A stretch of DNA of 62,981 nt, filler included. It is 4 parts of 4 records of this genome, joined end to end, with 100 filler letters (N's around TTAATTAATTAA, not from the genome) between each part and the next. Parts side by side here need not be neighbours in the genome. Positions count along the whole stretch, not along the records: positions 28,177 to 41,139 come from SRR22947727_786; positions 41,240 to 53,682 come from SRR22947727_794; 2 more parts are not named here. One strand, given 5' to 3'. The translations under genes were made by a program, and so were the position numbers. Shown piece by piece: positions 32,741 to 43,031 of the stretch (position 1 is its first letter; each line of letters starts with the position of its first letter). The notes below the pieces were generated by a model. The model searched no databases. It had not been told where the DNA came from and saw nothing but the letters and a program-made list of their open reading frames with translations.

Positions 32741-33208
32741 ATGTTAGCTGAAAACAAAATAGAGAAAATTGAGCAGCACTTAAATCTGCTTAAAGACAAA
32801 CCGGGGGCACTTCTTCCTTTGATGCATGCAATACAAGACGATTTGGGGTACATTCCTGAAGAATCTTATGGGCCTATATCAAAGGCGCTTAGACTTTCAG
32901 TAGCAGAGGTTCATGGGTTTGTAACTTTCTATCACCATTTTAGAACAAAACCGGCAGGAAAACATATTTTACAGATATGTAGAGCCGAGTCATGCCAGTC
33001 TATGGGGAGTGAAAACATTGAGTCTTATTGTAAAGAAAAACTTGGCATAGACTATCACGAGACCACTAAAGACCAAACAATAACCTTAGAGCCTGTCTAT
33101 TGTTTAGGTAATTGTGCGTGTTCTCCTGCTGTTATGATTGATGATGAAGTCGTTGGAAGAGTTGATAAAGAAAAAATTGATGAATTAATAGAAGAAGCTA
33201 AGAAATGA
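32741..33208 (+). CDS. fdsG: NAD-dependent formate dehydrogenase gamma subunit (NuoE-like)
   Basis: [25 protein letters not shown] [2Fe-2S]. Confidence 0.9.
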   Translation: MLAENKIEKIEQHLNLLKDKPGALLPLMHAIQDDLGYIPEESYGPISKALRLSVAEVHGFVTFYHHFRTKPAGKHILQICRAESCQSMGSENIESYCKEKLGIDYHETTKDQTITLEPVYCLGNCACSPAVMIDDEVVGRVDKEKIDELIEEAKK

Positions 33209-34755
33209 CATCCTACAAGATATATGTTCCTAGAGATTCAAGTGCGCTCTCTTTGGGGGCTGAAAAAGTACTTAAGACAATTGAGAGTGAAGCATTAAAA
33301 CGCGGAATTAAACTCGAAATAATCAGAAATGGTTCTCGTGGTCTGTTTTGGCTAGAAACAATGGTAGAGGTTGAAACTCCAAAAGGAAGAGTTGCTTATG
33401 GACCAGTTAATCCTGCTGATGTTTCTTCACTGTTTGATAAAGAATTTTTCTTAGGTAAAAAGCATCCCCTATCTTTAGGAATTACAGAGGAAATCCAGTG
33501 GCTGAAAAACCAAGAAAGATTAACCTACGCCAGGGTAGGTATTACAGATCCTGTATCTTTAGAAGATTATGAATCTCATGATGGATTTAAAGGTTTAAGA
33601 AAGGCCTTAGATCTAAAGCCTCAAGCAATTGTAGATGAGGTGACTGAATCAGGTCTTCGAGGTCGAGGTGGTGCAGCATTTCCAACTGGCATTAAATGGC
33701 AAACTGTTTTAAATGCCCCATCAGATAAAAAATATATAGTTTGTAATGCAGATGAGGGGGATTCAGGAACGTTTTCTGACCGAATGATCATGGAAAATGA
33801 TCCGTTTGTTTTAATCGAGGGAATGATTATTGCTGGTTTAGCTGTGGGTGCTGATCAAGGTTATATATATTTAAGGTCAGAATATCCTCACGCACAAGCC
33901 ATATTGAATGAGGCTATTGAGATTGCTAAAAATAATGGTTTTTTAGGTAAAAATATTTTAGGCAGTCAATTTACGTTTAATCTTGAAGTTACTAGGGCGG
34001 CCGGGGCATATATTTGTGGAGAAGAAACATCATTATTAGAAAGCCTTGAAGGTAAGCGAGGTTTAGTAAGATATAAACCGCCACTTCCAGCAATTGAAGG
34101 GTTATATGGTAAACCAACAGTCGTTAATAATGTCATTTCACTAGCAACAATTCCGATTATTTTAGACAAAGGTGCAAAATTTTATGCAGATTTTGGAATG
34201 GGCCGGTCTAAAGGAACGCTTCCAATCCAGTTAGCTGGCAATCTCAAACAAACGGGTTTGATTGAAAAGGCTTTTGGAATTACTTTAAGAGAATTGCTTT
34301 ATGATTTTGGCGGAGGCTCAGCAACAGGAAAGAATATTAAAGCTGTTCAGGTAGGTGGACCATTAGGTGCTTTTTTACCAGAACATCAATTTGATACACC
34401 GCTTGATTACGAAAAATTTTCTGAAATTAATGCTGTAGTTGGTCATGGTGGTATTGTTGCTTTTGATGATACGATCGATATGTCAAAACTAGCCAGATAT
34501 TCATTTGAATTTTGTGCGATTGAGTCGTGTGGAAAGTGTACACCTTGTAGGATAGGATCCACTCGGGGTATGGAAGTAATTGATAAAATTAAAGATGGTG
34601 TTGATCAGGAAAAAAATGTGGAAGTACTCAGAGATCTTGGAGAGACAATGGTACATGGATCATTATGTGCTATGGGTGGAATGACCCCTTTCCCTGTTAT
34701 TAGTGCTTTAAATTTTTTTCCAAAAGATTTTGGACTTGAAAAATCCGAAACTTAA
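33205..34755 (+). CDS. fdsB: NAD-dependent formate dehydrogenase beta subunit (NuoF-like)
   Basis: [35 protein letters not shown]. Confidence 0.92.
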   Translation: MTSYKIYVPRDSSALSLGAEKVLKTIESEALKRGIKLEIIRNGSRGLFWLETMVEVETPKGRVAYGPVNPADVSSLFDKEFFLGKKHPLSLGITEEIQWLKNQERLTYARVGITDPVSLEDYESHDGFKGLRKALDLKPQAIVDEVTESGLRGRGGAAFPTGIKWQTVLNAPSDKKYIVCNADEGDSGTFSDRMIMENDPFVLIEGMIIAGLAVGADQGYIYLRSEYPHAQAILNEAIEIAKNNGFLGKNILGSQFTFNLEVTRAAGAYICGEETSLLESLEGKRGLVRYKPPLPAIEGLYGKPTVVNNVISLATIPIILDKGAKFYADFGMGRSKGTLPIQLAGNLKQTGLIEKAFGITLRELLYDFGGGSATGKNIKAVQVGGPLGAFLPEHQFDTPLDYEKFSEINAVVGHGGIVAFDDTIDMSKLARYSFEFCAIESCGKCTPCRIGSTRGMEVIDKIKDGVDQEKNVEVLRDLGETMVHGSLCAMGGMTPFPVISALNFFPKDFGLEKSET

Positions 34756-34856
34756 GCATAAAATCACTGCTAAAGTTAATAAAATTAATAACTTAATAAA
34801 ATTTTTAAACGATTGGAACAAAATTTCAATCATAATTATGCCAAAAGCAAAAAAAT

Positions 34857-37700
34857 ATGGATGATTCAAAAGATTTCGGAACGCCTTCAGTAAATTCTGA
34901 GAAACTTGTAACCCTAAACATTGACGGTGTTGATGTAACTGTGCCTGAAGGAACATCTTTAATGCGAGCAGCCTCAGTTGCAGGCTTTAGTGTGCCCAAG
35001 TTATGTGCAACTGACAGTTTAGAGCCATTTGGCTCATGTCGCCTTTGTTTGGTAGAAATCGAAGGTAAAAGAGGCTATCCTGCTTCTTGTACTACTCCAG
35101 TTGCAGATGGCTTAGTGGTATCCACACAATCCCCCAAACTTGCTGAATTAAGAAAAGGTGTTATGGAATTATATATTTCTGACCATCCACTTGACTGTTT
35201 AACGTGTGCAACAAACGGTGATTGTGAATTACAAGATATGGCAGGCGCTGTTGGCTTAAGAGATGTTCGTTACGGCTACGAAGGAGAAAATCATCTAGAT
35301 TCTAAAAAAGATGAATCGAATCCATATTTCACTTTCGATCCATCAAAATGTATTGTTTGTTCAAGATGCGTAAGAGCTTGCGAAGAAACTCAAGGTACTT
35401 TTGCTTTAACGATTGATGGCCGAGGTTTTGAGTCAAAAGTTTCAGCTGGAAATAAAGACTTTATTGACTCTGAATGTGTTTCTTGTGGTGCATGTGTTCA
35501 AGCTTGCCCTACAGCTACATTAATTGAAAAAAGTATCGAAGAGCATGGTACACCAGAGAAAGAAGTAACAACGACTTGTGCTTATTGTGGTGTTGGATGC
35601 TCCTTTAATGCTGAATTGCAAGGTGATAAAGTGGTCAGAATGACTCCAAATAAAAATGGGGGTGCAAATCATGGACACTCATGTGTGAAAGGAAGGTTTG
35701 CGTGGGGATATACCACTCATAAAGATAGAATCACGACCCCAATGATTAGGAAAAGTATCAAAGACCCTTGGCAAAAAGTTTCTTGGGATGAGGCTATAAG
35801 TTATGCTGCATCTGAAATAAAGAGAATTCAAAAAAAATATGGTGCTAATTCAGTTGGGGCTATTTCTTCTTCTAGGTGCACAAATGAAGAAGTTTACTTA
35901 ATGCAAAAAATAGTAAGAGCTAGTTTTGGGAATAATAATATTGATACATGTGCAAGAGTTTGTCATTCACCAACAGGTTATGGCCTAAAACAAACCATTG
36001 GGGAATCTGCAGGTACACAAAATTTTGACTCAGTGATGAAATCTGATGTGATTATGATTATAGGTGCAAATCCAACTGATGGGCACCCAGTGTTTGCATC
36101 TCAGATGAAAAGAAGATTAAGAGAAGGTGCCAAGTTAATTATTGTCGATCCTAGAGAAATAGATTTAGTTGATAATACGCCTCACATTAAAGCTGATTAT
36201 CATCTTAAACTTCAACCTGGTACCAATGTGGCTACGATCAACTCCATCGCGCACGTTATTGTTGAAGAGAACTTGGGTGACAGTAAATTTGTAAAAGAAC
36301 GATGTGAAGATGAGTCATTTAAAATTTGGTTAGATTTTATTAAGGATCCCAAAAATTCTCCCGAATCAATGGAAACTGAGACAGGGATTCCTGCAGACTT
36401 ATTAAGAAAGGCAGCTAGATTATTTGCAAATGAAAAAAATGGATCTATTTATTATGGCTTAGGCGTCACAGAACATAGCCAAGGTTCAACAATGGTTATG
36501 GGTATCGCAAACTTAGCTATGATAACTGGAAATGTAGGTAGAGAGGGTGTTGGGATAAACCCACTAAGAGGTCAAAATAATGTACAAGGTGCATGTGATA
36601 TGGGGTCATTCCCACATGAACTTCCAGGGTATAGACACGTTTCAGATTTAGCAACCCGCGCTTTATTTGAGTCAGCATGGAATGCTAAAATTTATGAAGA
36701 ACCCGGACTAAGAATTCCAAATATGCTTGATGAAGCTATATCAGGTAAATTTAAATCTCTTTATTGCGAAGGTGAAGATATAGCCCAATCAGACCCTGAT
36801 ACCCAACATGTTACTCAAGCGCTTGAGTCTATGGAATGCGTAATTGTTCAAGACTTGTTTTTAAATGAAACCGCTATGTATGCTCATGTTTTCTTTCCTG
36901 GGTCTTCATTTTTAGAGAAGAATGGAACTTTTACTAATGCAGAAAGAAGAATTTCGAGAGTAAGAAAAGTAATGGCTCCGAAAAATGGCTACGAAGATTG
37001 GGAAATTACTCAGATGTTATCTAATAAATTGGGATACCCAATGAATTATAAACATGCAAGTGAAATAATGGATGAAGTCGCACAGTTAACACCTACATTC
37101 AAAGGTGTGAGTTATGAAAAATTAGATAAACTTGGAAGCATTCAATGGCCATGTAATGATGAGCACCCAGAAGGAACGCCCACAATGCATATAGATGAAT
37201 TTGTTAGAGGTAAGGGTAAATTCTTTATTACGGAATACGTTCCAACAGCTGAGAAAGTAAATAGTAAATTCCCTTTAATAATGACTACTGGAAGAATTCT
37301 GGCTCATTATAATGTTGGCGCGCAAACAAGAAGAACCAAAAATACTGAATGGCACGATGAGGACTTAATTGAAATTCATCCGCATGATGCAGAAGAAAGA
37401 GGTATAAATGAAAGAGATTGGGTTGGTATTAATAGTCGATCAGGCGATACTGTCCTCCGAGCTAAAATAACAAATAGAGTTCAACCAGGTGTTGTTTATA
37501 CAACATTTCATCACCCTGTTTCAGGAGCAAACGTAATTACTACAGATAATTCTGATTGGGCAACAAACTGTCCTGAATTTAAGGTTACAGCTGTGCAGGT
37601 AACTAAAGTAACCCAGCCATCAAATTGGCAATCAAAATATCAAAAATTTAGTGAAAAACAAATTGATTTTGTAAAAAATGGTGAGGAAAAAGTTAGTTAA
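34857..37700 (+). CDS. fdsA: NAD-dependent formate dehydrogenase alpha subunit (Mo-bisPGD, Cys ligand)
   Basis: N-terminal Fe-S motifs, CAYCGVGC, CARVCH, PLRGQNNVQG. Confidence 0.95.
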   Translation: MDDSKDFGTPSVNSEKLVTLNIDGVDVTVPEGTSLMRAASVAGFSVPKLCATDSLEPFGSCRLCLVEIEGKRGYPASCTTPVADGLVVSTQSPKLAELRKGVMELYISDHPLDCLTCATNGDCELQDMAGAVGLRDVRYGYEGENHLDSKKDESNPYFTFDPSKCIVCSRCVRACEETQGTFALTIDGRGFESKVSAGNKDFIDSECVSCGACVQACPTATLIEKSIEEHGTPEKEVTTTCAYCGVGCSFNAELQGDKVVRMTPNKNGGANHGHSCVKGRFAWGYTTHKDRITTPMIRKSIKDPWQKVSWDEAISYAASEIKRIQKKYGANSVGAISSSRCTNEEVYLMQKIVRASFGNNNIDTCARVCHSPTGYGLKQTIGESAGTQNFDSVMKSDVIMIIGANPTDGHPVFASQMKRRLREGAKLIIVDPREIDLVDNTPHIKADYHLKLQPGTNVATINSIAHVIVEENLGDSKFVKERCEDESFKIWLDFIKDPKNSPESMETETGIPADLLRKAARLFANEKNGSIYYGLGVTEHSQGSTMVMGIANLAMITGNVGREGVGINPLRGQNNVQGACDMGSFPHELPGYRHVSDLATRALFESAWNAKIYEEPGLRIPNMLDEAISGKFKSLYCEGEDIAQSDPDTQHVTQALESMECVIVQDLFLNETAMYAHVFFPGSSFLEKNGTFTNAERRISRVRKVMAPKNGYEDWEITQMLSNKLGYPMNYKHASEIMDEVAQLTPTFKGVSYEKLDKLGSIQWPCNDEHPEGTPTMHIDEFVRGKGKFFITEYVPTAEKVNSKFPLIMTTGRILAHYNVGAQTRRTKNTEWHDEDLIEIHPHDAEERGINERDWVGINSRSGDTVLRAKITNRVQPGVVYTTFHHPVSGANVITTDNSDWATNCPEFKVTAVQVTKVTQPSNWQSKYQKFSEKQIDFVKNGEEKVS

Positions 37701-37706
37701 GTTCAA

Positions 37707-38519
37707 GTGACTAAAGAAAAATTAATTCATTCTAGTCGCTATTTTCAAGCAGTATCAATCCAAAAAAATAATAAATCTGAAACAACTGAGGATATTTTAG
37801 CTGAAGAGACACCTGTGGCAATTGTATATAACGGTGTTTCACATGTTGTTATGATGGCAAGTCCATGTGATTTAGAAGATTTTGCAAAAGGTTTTTCTAT
37901 TACAGAGGGCATTATAGAAAATGTTTCAGATATTTATTCTATCGAGGTGTTAAAAAAAGAGAATGGAATTGAGATTAATGTTGAAATTTCTTCTGAAAAA
38001 TTCACAAGGCTTAAAGAATTAAGAAGAAATCTAACTGGCAGAACAGGCTGTGGTCTTTGTGGTGCTGAATCTCTTGATCATGTTTTAAAGATACCAAATT
38101 TAAAAAAAAATTCATCAACTTTTTTATCGACTAGCATATTAAACGCACTTAAAAATTTCTCAACCGAGCAAGTAATACAGAAAAAAACTGGCGCAACTCA
38201 TGCTTCTGGATTGTTTGACTCAGACGGTAATTTAATAAAACTTAAGGAGGATGTAGGAAGGCATAACGCACTTGATAAATTAATTGGAGCAGCAAGCAAT
38301 TTGAATGTTTTGGATAATTATTTTGTTATTACTTCTAGTAGAGCTAGCTATGAGATGGTTCAGAAAATAGCATATATGAATCTAAAGTTATTAGTAGCCA
38401 TTTCAGCTCCGACAGCACTAGCAACAAGACTCGCAAAAGAACTTGAGATTACTTTAGTAGGGTTTGCGAGGAACAATCGATATAATTGTTATACCCATTC
38501 AGAGCGAATAATCGGTTAA
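37707..38519 (+). CDS. fdhD: FDH sulfurtransferase FdsC/FdhD
   Basis: GRTGCGLCG, EDVGRHNALDKLIG, SSRAS. Confidence 0.94.
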   Translation: MTKEKLIHSSRYFQAVSIQKNNKSETTEDILAEETPVAIVYNGVSHVVMMASPCDLEDFAKGFSITEGIIENVSDIYSIEVLKKENGIEINVEISSEKFTRLKELRRNLTGRTGCGLCGAESLDHVLKIPNLKKNSSTFLSTSILNALKNFSTEQVIQKKTGATHASGLFDSDGNLIKLKEDVGRHNALDKLIGAASNLNVLDNYFVITSSRASYEMVQKIAYMNLKLLVAISAPTALATRLAKELEITLVGFARNNRYNCYTHSERIIG

Positions 38520-38528
38520 AATTACAAC

Positions 38529-38753
38529 ATGGAAATTAAAACCCTTATCAGAATGGCAAATGATATTGGGAGCTTTTTTAAAAGTTACCCAGATCAAGAT
38601 CAAGCAAAAGAAGACACTGCATCTCATATACATAAGTTTTGGGATCGTAGTATGAGAGTGACAATAAAAAAACATGTAACTGAAACCTCTCTAAAAGAAA
38701 GTCAATTAGATCAGTTTGTTTTTGAAGCGATTAATAAGTATCTCAAAGATTGA
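38529..38753 (+). CDS. fdsD: Formate dehydrogenase delta subunit
   Basis: LIRMANDIGSFF...HIHKFWDRSMR; last gene of the fds operon. Confidence 0.88.
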   Translation: MEIKTLIRMANDIGSFFKSYPDQDQAKEDTASHIHKFWDRSMRVTIKKHVTETSLKESQLDQFVFEAINKYLKD

Positions 38754-38758
38754 AATTA

Positions 38759-40393
38759 TTATTTTGTAAGTAAAATATAATATGTCTTATCACGCTCAAT
38801 TCTTTTACCAGACCAAATTTGACTCCATGACTCATATTCAGAAGGCATTTTTGAGTCTTGGTTAAGTGATAACAATACCATTCTACATTGAACTGCCTTA
38901 TTCGAATCTATGCCTCTAATACCAGAGTAATAATGAAGTAAGTTTATTTCATTCGGGCTAAAATTATATGTATACAAACAACTTGAGCTCTGAGAAAGAT
39001 GTTGTTTTACATCCTGAAAAACAGCAGCATAACTTTTTCTATTTTCAATTAATGGGCTTACAAGCATAATAAAAGCAACCCAAACCATTGTAATGCCAAT
39101 TGCCCAATTTGAAATTGCTGAACGATTTGAGATTTTTATTTTAAAGATAATATAAAGCCAAAATCCAGTAATTAAAAGGGCAAATATAAAGCTTAAGAAT
39201 TCAAATTTAACTTCATAATTTCCTGATAGAAAGTAAATACGATTTGATATTATTTCAGGGAAGCCCACCATAACCGCTAGCCAAAAAAACCAGATAATAA
39301 AGCCAAAAAAACCAAATATTAATATCCCAAACCAGTTGAGCGCGCTAGCAGATCCTCTTCTTAATAAATCAATACCCCCTGCCGCAGCAACTGAGAAAGG
39401 TAAAAGAAGTGGCATAAGTTTTATTTGATCTTCATTGCCACTAATTGAAAGGGTAATTAAAATTGAAATTGAGAATATCAGTGGTAAATGAATTTTTTTG
39501 AGCTTAGTTATGCTATTAAAATTTTTAACTAAAACAAAAATAAAAAGGGGCAGTGAAGGCCAAGTAAACCACAAAATATTTTTTATATAAAAATAAAATT
39601 CTGCACTATTCGGTGAGTTAACTTTACTTACCCAAGAAAAAAAAATATCAGGATTGGAATGATATAAAAGATAAACCCAAGGACTAATGACACTTAATGC
39701 TACTAATGTAGAAATCAAACAAAATAAATAATAACGGTTATTTCTCCATTGTTTGAAAGCTAGTAATAATAGTGCAGTTAAAAAAATACTTAAAAGGGAT
39801 AAAATTCCATTAGATAAAAAAATTATTGAAATTCCGAAACCCAAAACTAAACTAGCTCTGAAAGGCCTTCTTTGATATAAAGCAAAACCATATAACGCTA
39901 GCGCAAATCCAAGAAGAGCTGCTACTTCAGGACGAATAGTATGAATATTAAATATAAGCCCAATGGATGCAATAAAAATCAAACCGGCTTGTCTTCCAAA
40001 ACCGGCGCCCCATAATTCCCTTGTCATTAAGCCAATACTCAACAAAGTTAAGCTTAACCATATAAAATTTGATAATCTAATTGCATCGTGTGGCGAAAGT
40101 ATTGATGAAAAAATTTTGACAAATGTAGCGCCTATGAAGGGGTATAAAGGAGGGTTATTAATTGAATCTTGACTGGCAGCTAAAGGAGCAATGATAGAAT
40201 TGTTTAAAACAATATCCATGACCATACTTACATTTTCAGATTCTGCAGGAATCCAAGGTGAATTTCCAATAAGTCCGGTAAAGATCCAAATTGCGGAGAG
40301 TATTATAAATAAGTGTATTTTTGTTTTTTCACCAAGTGTTGAACGTGGTGAAGACATATTACCTTGCCAATCATGATCTAATTCAAATTTCAT
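38759..40393 (-). CDS. ArnT/PMT-like (GT-C) membrane glycosyltransferase
   Basis: Multi-TM protein, PW.PAE and NPPLY near N-terminus, WFTWP motif. Confidence 0.7.
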   Translation of the reverse strand: MKFELDHDWQGNMSSPRSTLGEKTKIHLFIILSAIWIFTGLIGNSPWIPAESENVSMVMDIVLNNSIIAPLAASQDSINNPPLYPFIGATFVKIFSSILSPHDAIRLSNFIWLSLTLLSIGLMTRELWGAGFGRQAGLIFIASIGLIFNIHTIRPEVAALLGFALALYGFALYQRRPFRASLVLGFGISIIFLSNGILSLLSIFLTALLLLAFKQWRNNRYYLFCLISTLVALSVISPWVYLLYHSNPDIFFSWVSKVNSPNSAEFYFYIKNILWFTWPSLPLFIFVLVKNFNSITKLKKIHLPLIFSISILITLSISGNEDQIKLMPLLLPFSVAAAGGIDLLRRGSASALNWFGILIFGFFGFIIWFFWLAVMVGFPEIISNRIYFLSGNYEVKFEFLSFIFALLITGFWLYIIFKIKISNRSAISNWAIGITMVWVAFIMLVSPLIENRKSYAAVFQDVKQHLSQSSSCLYTYNFSPNEINLLHYYSGIRGIDSNKAVQCRMVLLSLNQDSKMPSEYESWSQIWSGKRIERDKTYYILLTK

Positions 40394-40411
40394 ATTTATA
40401 AATTATGACAT

Positions 40412-40437
40412 AAAAAAAAAGGCAGATAACTGCCTTT
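40412..40437 (-). terminator. Rho-independent terminator after rpmE
   Basis: AAAGGCAG-ATAA-CTGCCTTT hairpin with A9 tract (U tract on minus strand). Confidence 0.8.
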
Positions 40438-40460
40438 ATATTGAATCAAATTAAAAGTGA

Positions 40461-40661
40461 TTACATCCCATATTTTTGTTTAAATTTTTCGACACGCCCA
40501 GCTGTATCAAGTATTTTCTGTTTACCAGTATAAAAAGGATGGCATTTAGAACAAACTTCAATGTTTGTATCTTTGGCCATGGTAGACTGTGTCTTAAAAC
40601 TGTTACCACAGCTACAAGTAACTGTTATTTCTGGGTATTTTGGATGTAAATCTTTTTTCAT
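40461..40661 (-). CDS. rpmE: 50S ribosomal protein L31 (Zn-binding type)
   Basis: [26 protein letters not shown]; true ATG at 40661. Confidence 0.96.
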   Translation of the reverse strand: MKKDLHPKYPEITVTCSCGNSFKTQSTMAKDTNIEVCSKCHPFYTGKQKILDTAGRVEKFKQKYGM

Positions 40662-40735
40662 AATTTTAAATTTTAACAATAATATCACGTGTATTCTATA
40701 GAAAAGTATATAAAAATCAATATTTAATTGATTTC

Positions 40736-41139
40736 TTAACTTCTTCGCATACTATCAAAAAAATCTGAGTTATTTTTGGTTGAACGCACTTTGTCTAAGA
40801 GAAATTCCATCGCTTCAAGATCATCCATAGGGTAAAGTAATTTTCTTAAAACCCAAATCTTCTGAAGAACATCTGAAGGAATAAGTAATTCCTCCCTTCG
40901 GGTACTTGATTTATTGACATTAATTGCTGGATATATTCTTTTCTCTGCCATTTTTCTTTCAAGGTGAATTTCCATATTACCAGTACCTTTAAATTCTTCA
41001 TAAATTACATCATCCATTCTTGAGCCAGTTTCAACAAGTGCTGTAGCAAGAATTGTAAGTGATCCGCCTTCCTCAACATTTCTAGCTGCACCAAAAAAAC
41101 GTTTTGGTTTTTGAAGTGCATTAGCATCAACACCACCAG
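40736..41139 (-). CDS. rho: Transcription termination factor Rho (5' truncated)
   Basis: [29 protein letters not shown]...[13 protein letters not shown]. Confidence 0.96.
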
Positions 41140-41239
41140 NNNNNNNNNNNNNNNNNNNNNNNNNNNNNNNNNNNNNNNNNNNNTTAATTAATTAANNNNN
41201 NNNNNNNNNNNNNNNNNNNNNNNNNNNNNNNNNNNNNNN
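41140..41239. other. Artificial contig linker
   Basis: N-run with TTAATTAATTAA; GC content rises shortly afterwards. Confidence 0.98.
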
Positions 41240-41323
41240 ATTTAAACTTCAAAATTTACCTTTTAAAATCAAAGAACCAGCGCTCCCACTTCGCCTTTCA
41301 ACACCTCAAACCTAGAGATTTAT

Positions 41324-42829
41324 TCAAATCTCCGGAATTGGATCATTCGGTTTGATAACCTCGCCTTGCCAGGTCACGGTTCCGTCTTCATCCAAAGTCA
41401 GAATCCGGTGCGCGCTTTTCGGCGCGGGCTTCTTATTCACACTTGGGATGTGCTTCCGATGCTCCGCGATTACCGCGTCAAACGCCCCGCGATCATTTCC
41501 GGGAGCGATTAAATTCGTCCACTCGTTGGGATCTTTCACCATGTCGTAGAGCTCTTCCGAACCGTCTGCGTAAGTGATGTAACGCCATTTTTCCGACCGA
41601 ACTCCATGGTTGTCGTGATTGTGAGTCGTCACCGCAAAACGCTCTCGAGCTGCCGAAGCATCCTTCAACTGCGGCATCAGCGACAGCCCTTCCAAATCAT
41701 CACGCTTCGGTAATCTGCACAGATCAATCAGGGTCGGATACATATCCAAAAGCTCCGCAGGTCTTGCGCACATTTGGTTTGGCGTCACGCCAGGTCCGGC
41801 AAAAACCAGCGGGACTCGTGTTCCGTCGTCCCACAGTGTGTTTTTTCCAGTGATCGCTTTTTCGCCGATGTGCCAACCGTGGTCTGACCACAATACAATG
41901 ATCGTGTTATCCGCTTTGCCACTTGCCTCAAGCGCATCAAGCACCCGCTTCAGCTGGGCATCAACAAACGTCGTGCAGGCCAAATACGAACGCGTCAAAT
42001 TCATCCACTCATTCGAGTCTTCCAAAAACTTCAGGCGAGGCTCCGGCAACTTCCAGTGCGTATACCACGAAAAGCGCGGCGTATCATCGCGGTCCCCTCG
42101 CTGAATCAACGGCAGTTTTGTCTCGGATTCAGGATGCATATCAAACCACTTTTGGGTCGCGTAACACGGCACGTGCGGCAGAAAAAATCCGCACGCGAGG
42201 AAGAACGGTTTGTCCTCCGGCATATTTTCAAGCTGATCAACCGCCCACGAAGCGCATTTGTAATCGCCTTTATCCTCGTCTTTATGCGGAAACACTCCCC
42301 AGTCCACCAACCGATGTGGTTGCGGCGTATTCACCATTTTTTCCTTCGGAAACGGCTTCCCGCTCGCTCCAGGTCCAACAACATCCCACTCTTTGATTTT
42401 TGAACCGTTTCCTTTTGGTCCGACTTTTCCGATGCTCCGGCCGCTGGCTCCGTGATAAATTTTTCCAGTGTAAAAAGTGCGGTAGCCGTTCGCCATGAAA
42501 TGCTGCGGAAGCGACACCGCATCTTTCACTTCCTCGACATCACGAAAAAATGGAGCCAATCCGTAAATCCCCGTTGTCGAAGGGCGCTTGCTGATCATCA
42601 AACTCGAGCGCGATGAATTGCATAGCGGCGAATTGCAGTGCGCATTCGTGAAAGCAGTCCCGCGTTTTGCAAGGGCATCAATGTTCGGAGTCAGCGAATT
42701 TGGATGCCCGCCGAGATGGCCGATCCAATCATTCTGGTCATCAATCGCGATGAACAAAACATTTGGTTTATCCGCCGAAAAGAGCGCGGTTGAAACGAAG
42801 AGAGAAAAAAGAACAAAAAGCGTTTTCAC
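41324..42829 (-). CDS. Secreted sulfatase (iduronate-2-sulfatase/choline-sulfatase-like)
   Basis: Signal peptide, PNVLFIAIDD, CNSSR, GKIYH, PHVP, SDHGWH, ELYD. Confidence 0.9.
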   Translation of the reverse strand: MKTLFVLFSLFVSTALFSADKPNVLFIAIDDQNDWIGHLGGHPNSLTPNIDALAKRGTAFTNAHCNSPLCNSSRSSLMISKRPSTTGIYGLAPFFRDVEEVKDAVSLPQHFMANGYRTFYTGKIYHGASGRSIGKVGPKGNGSKIKEWDVVGPGASGKPFPKEKMVNTPQPHRLVDWGVFPHKDEDKGDYKCASWAVDQLENMPEDKPFFLACGFFLPHVPCYATQKWFDMHPESETKLPLIQRGDRDDTPRFSWYTHWKLPEPRLKFLEDSNEWMNLTRSYLACTTFVDAQLKRVLDALEASGKADNTIIVLWSDHGWHIGEKAITGKNTLWDDGTRVPLVFAGPGVTPNQMCARPAELLDMYPTLIDLCRLPKRDDLEGLSLMPQLKDASAARERFAVTTHNHDNHGVRSEKWRYITYADGSEELYDMVKDPNEWTNLIAPGNDRGAFDAVIAEHRKHIPSVNKKPAPKSAHRILTLDEDGTVTWQGEVIKPNDPIPEI

Positions 42830-43031
42830 GAGTCAATAGGGTATGTTTGGCGAACAGATAGGATTGCTTCGAAAAGACTTTTCGAAACAACAGGGCGATG
42901 AGCTGGCTTGCCAGCGATCTGAGGACAGCCGGGCAACGGTTCCGCAGGATAGCCCAGTTTCAAAAAAAGGTATGTTTGATTAACCAACAGTATTGGATCG
43001 TAATGCGGCTTGGCGAGTGCTTTAATCGGGC

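Noticed and set aside
35940-35970. Possible selenocysteine in FdsA
   Set aside because: Active-site motif is CARVCH with Cys codons and no in-frame TGA
42840-42960. Fluoride (GGCGATG..) or ZTP (TGGCGAACAG) riboswitch resemblance
   Set aside because: Only short seeds match; downstream conserved elements and pseudoknot partners are absent, and gene context does not fit
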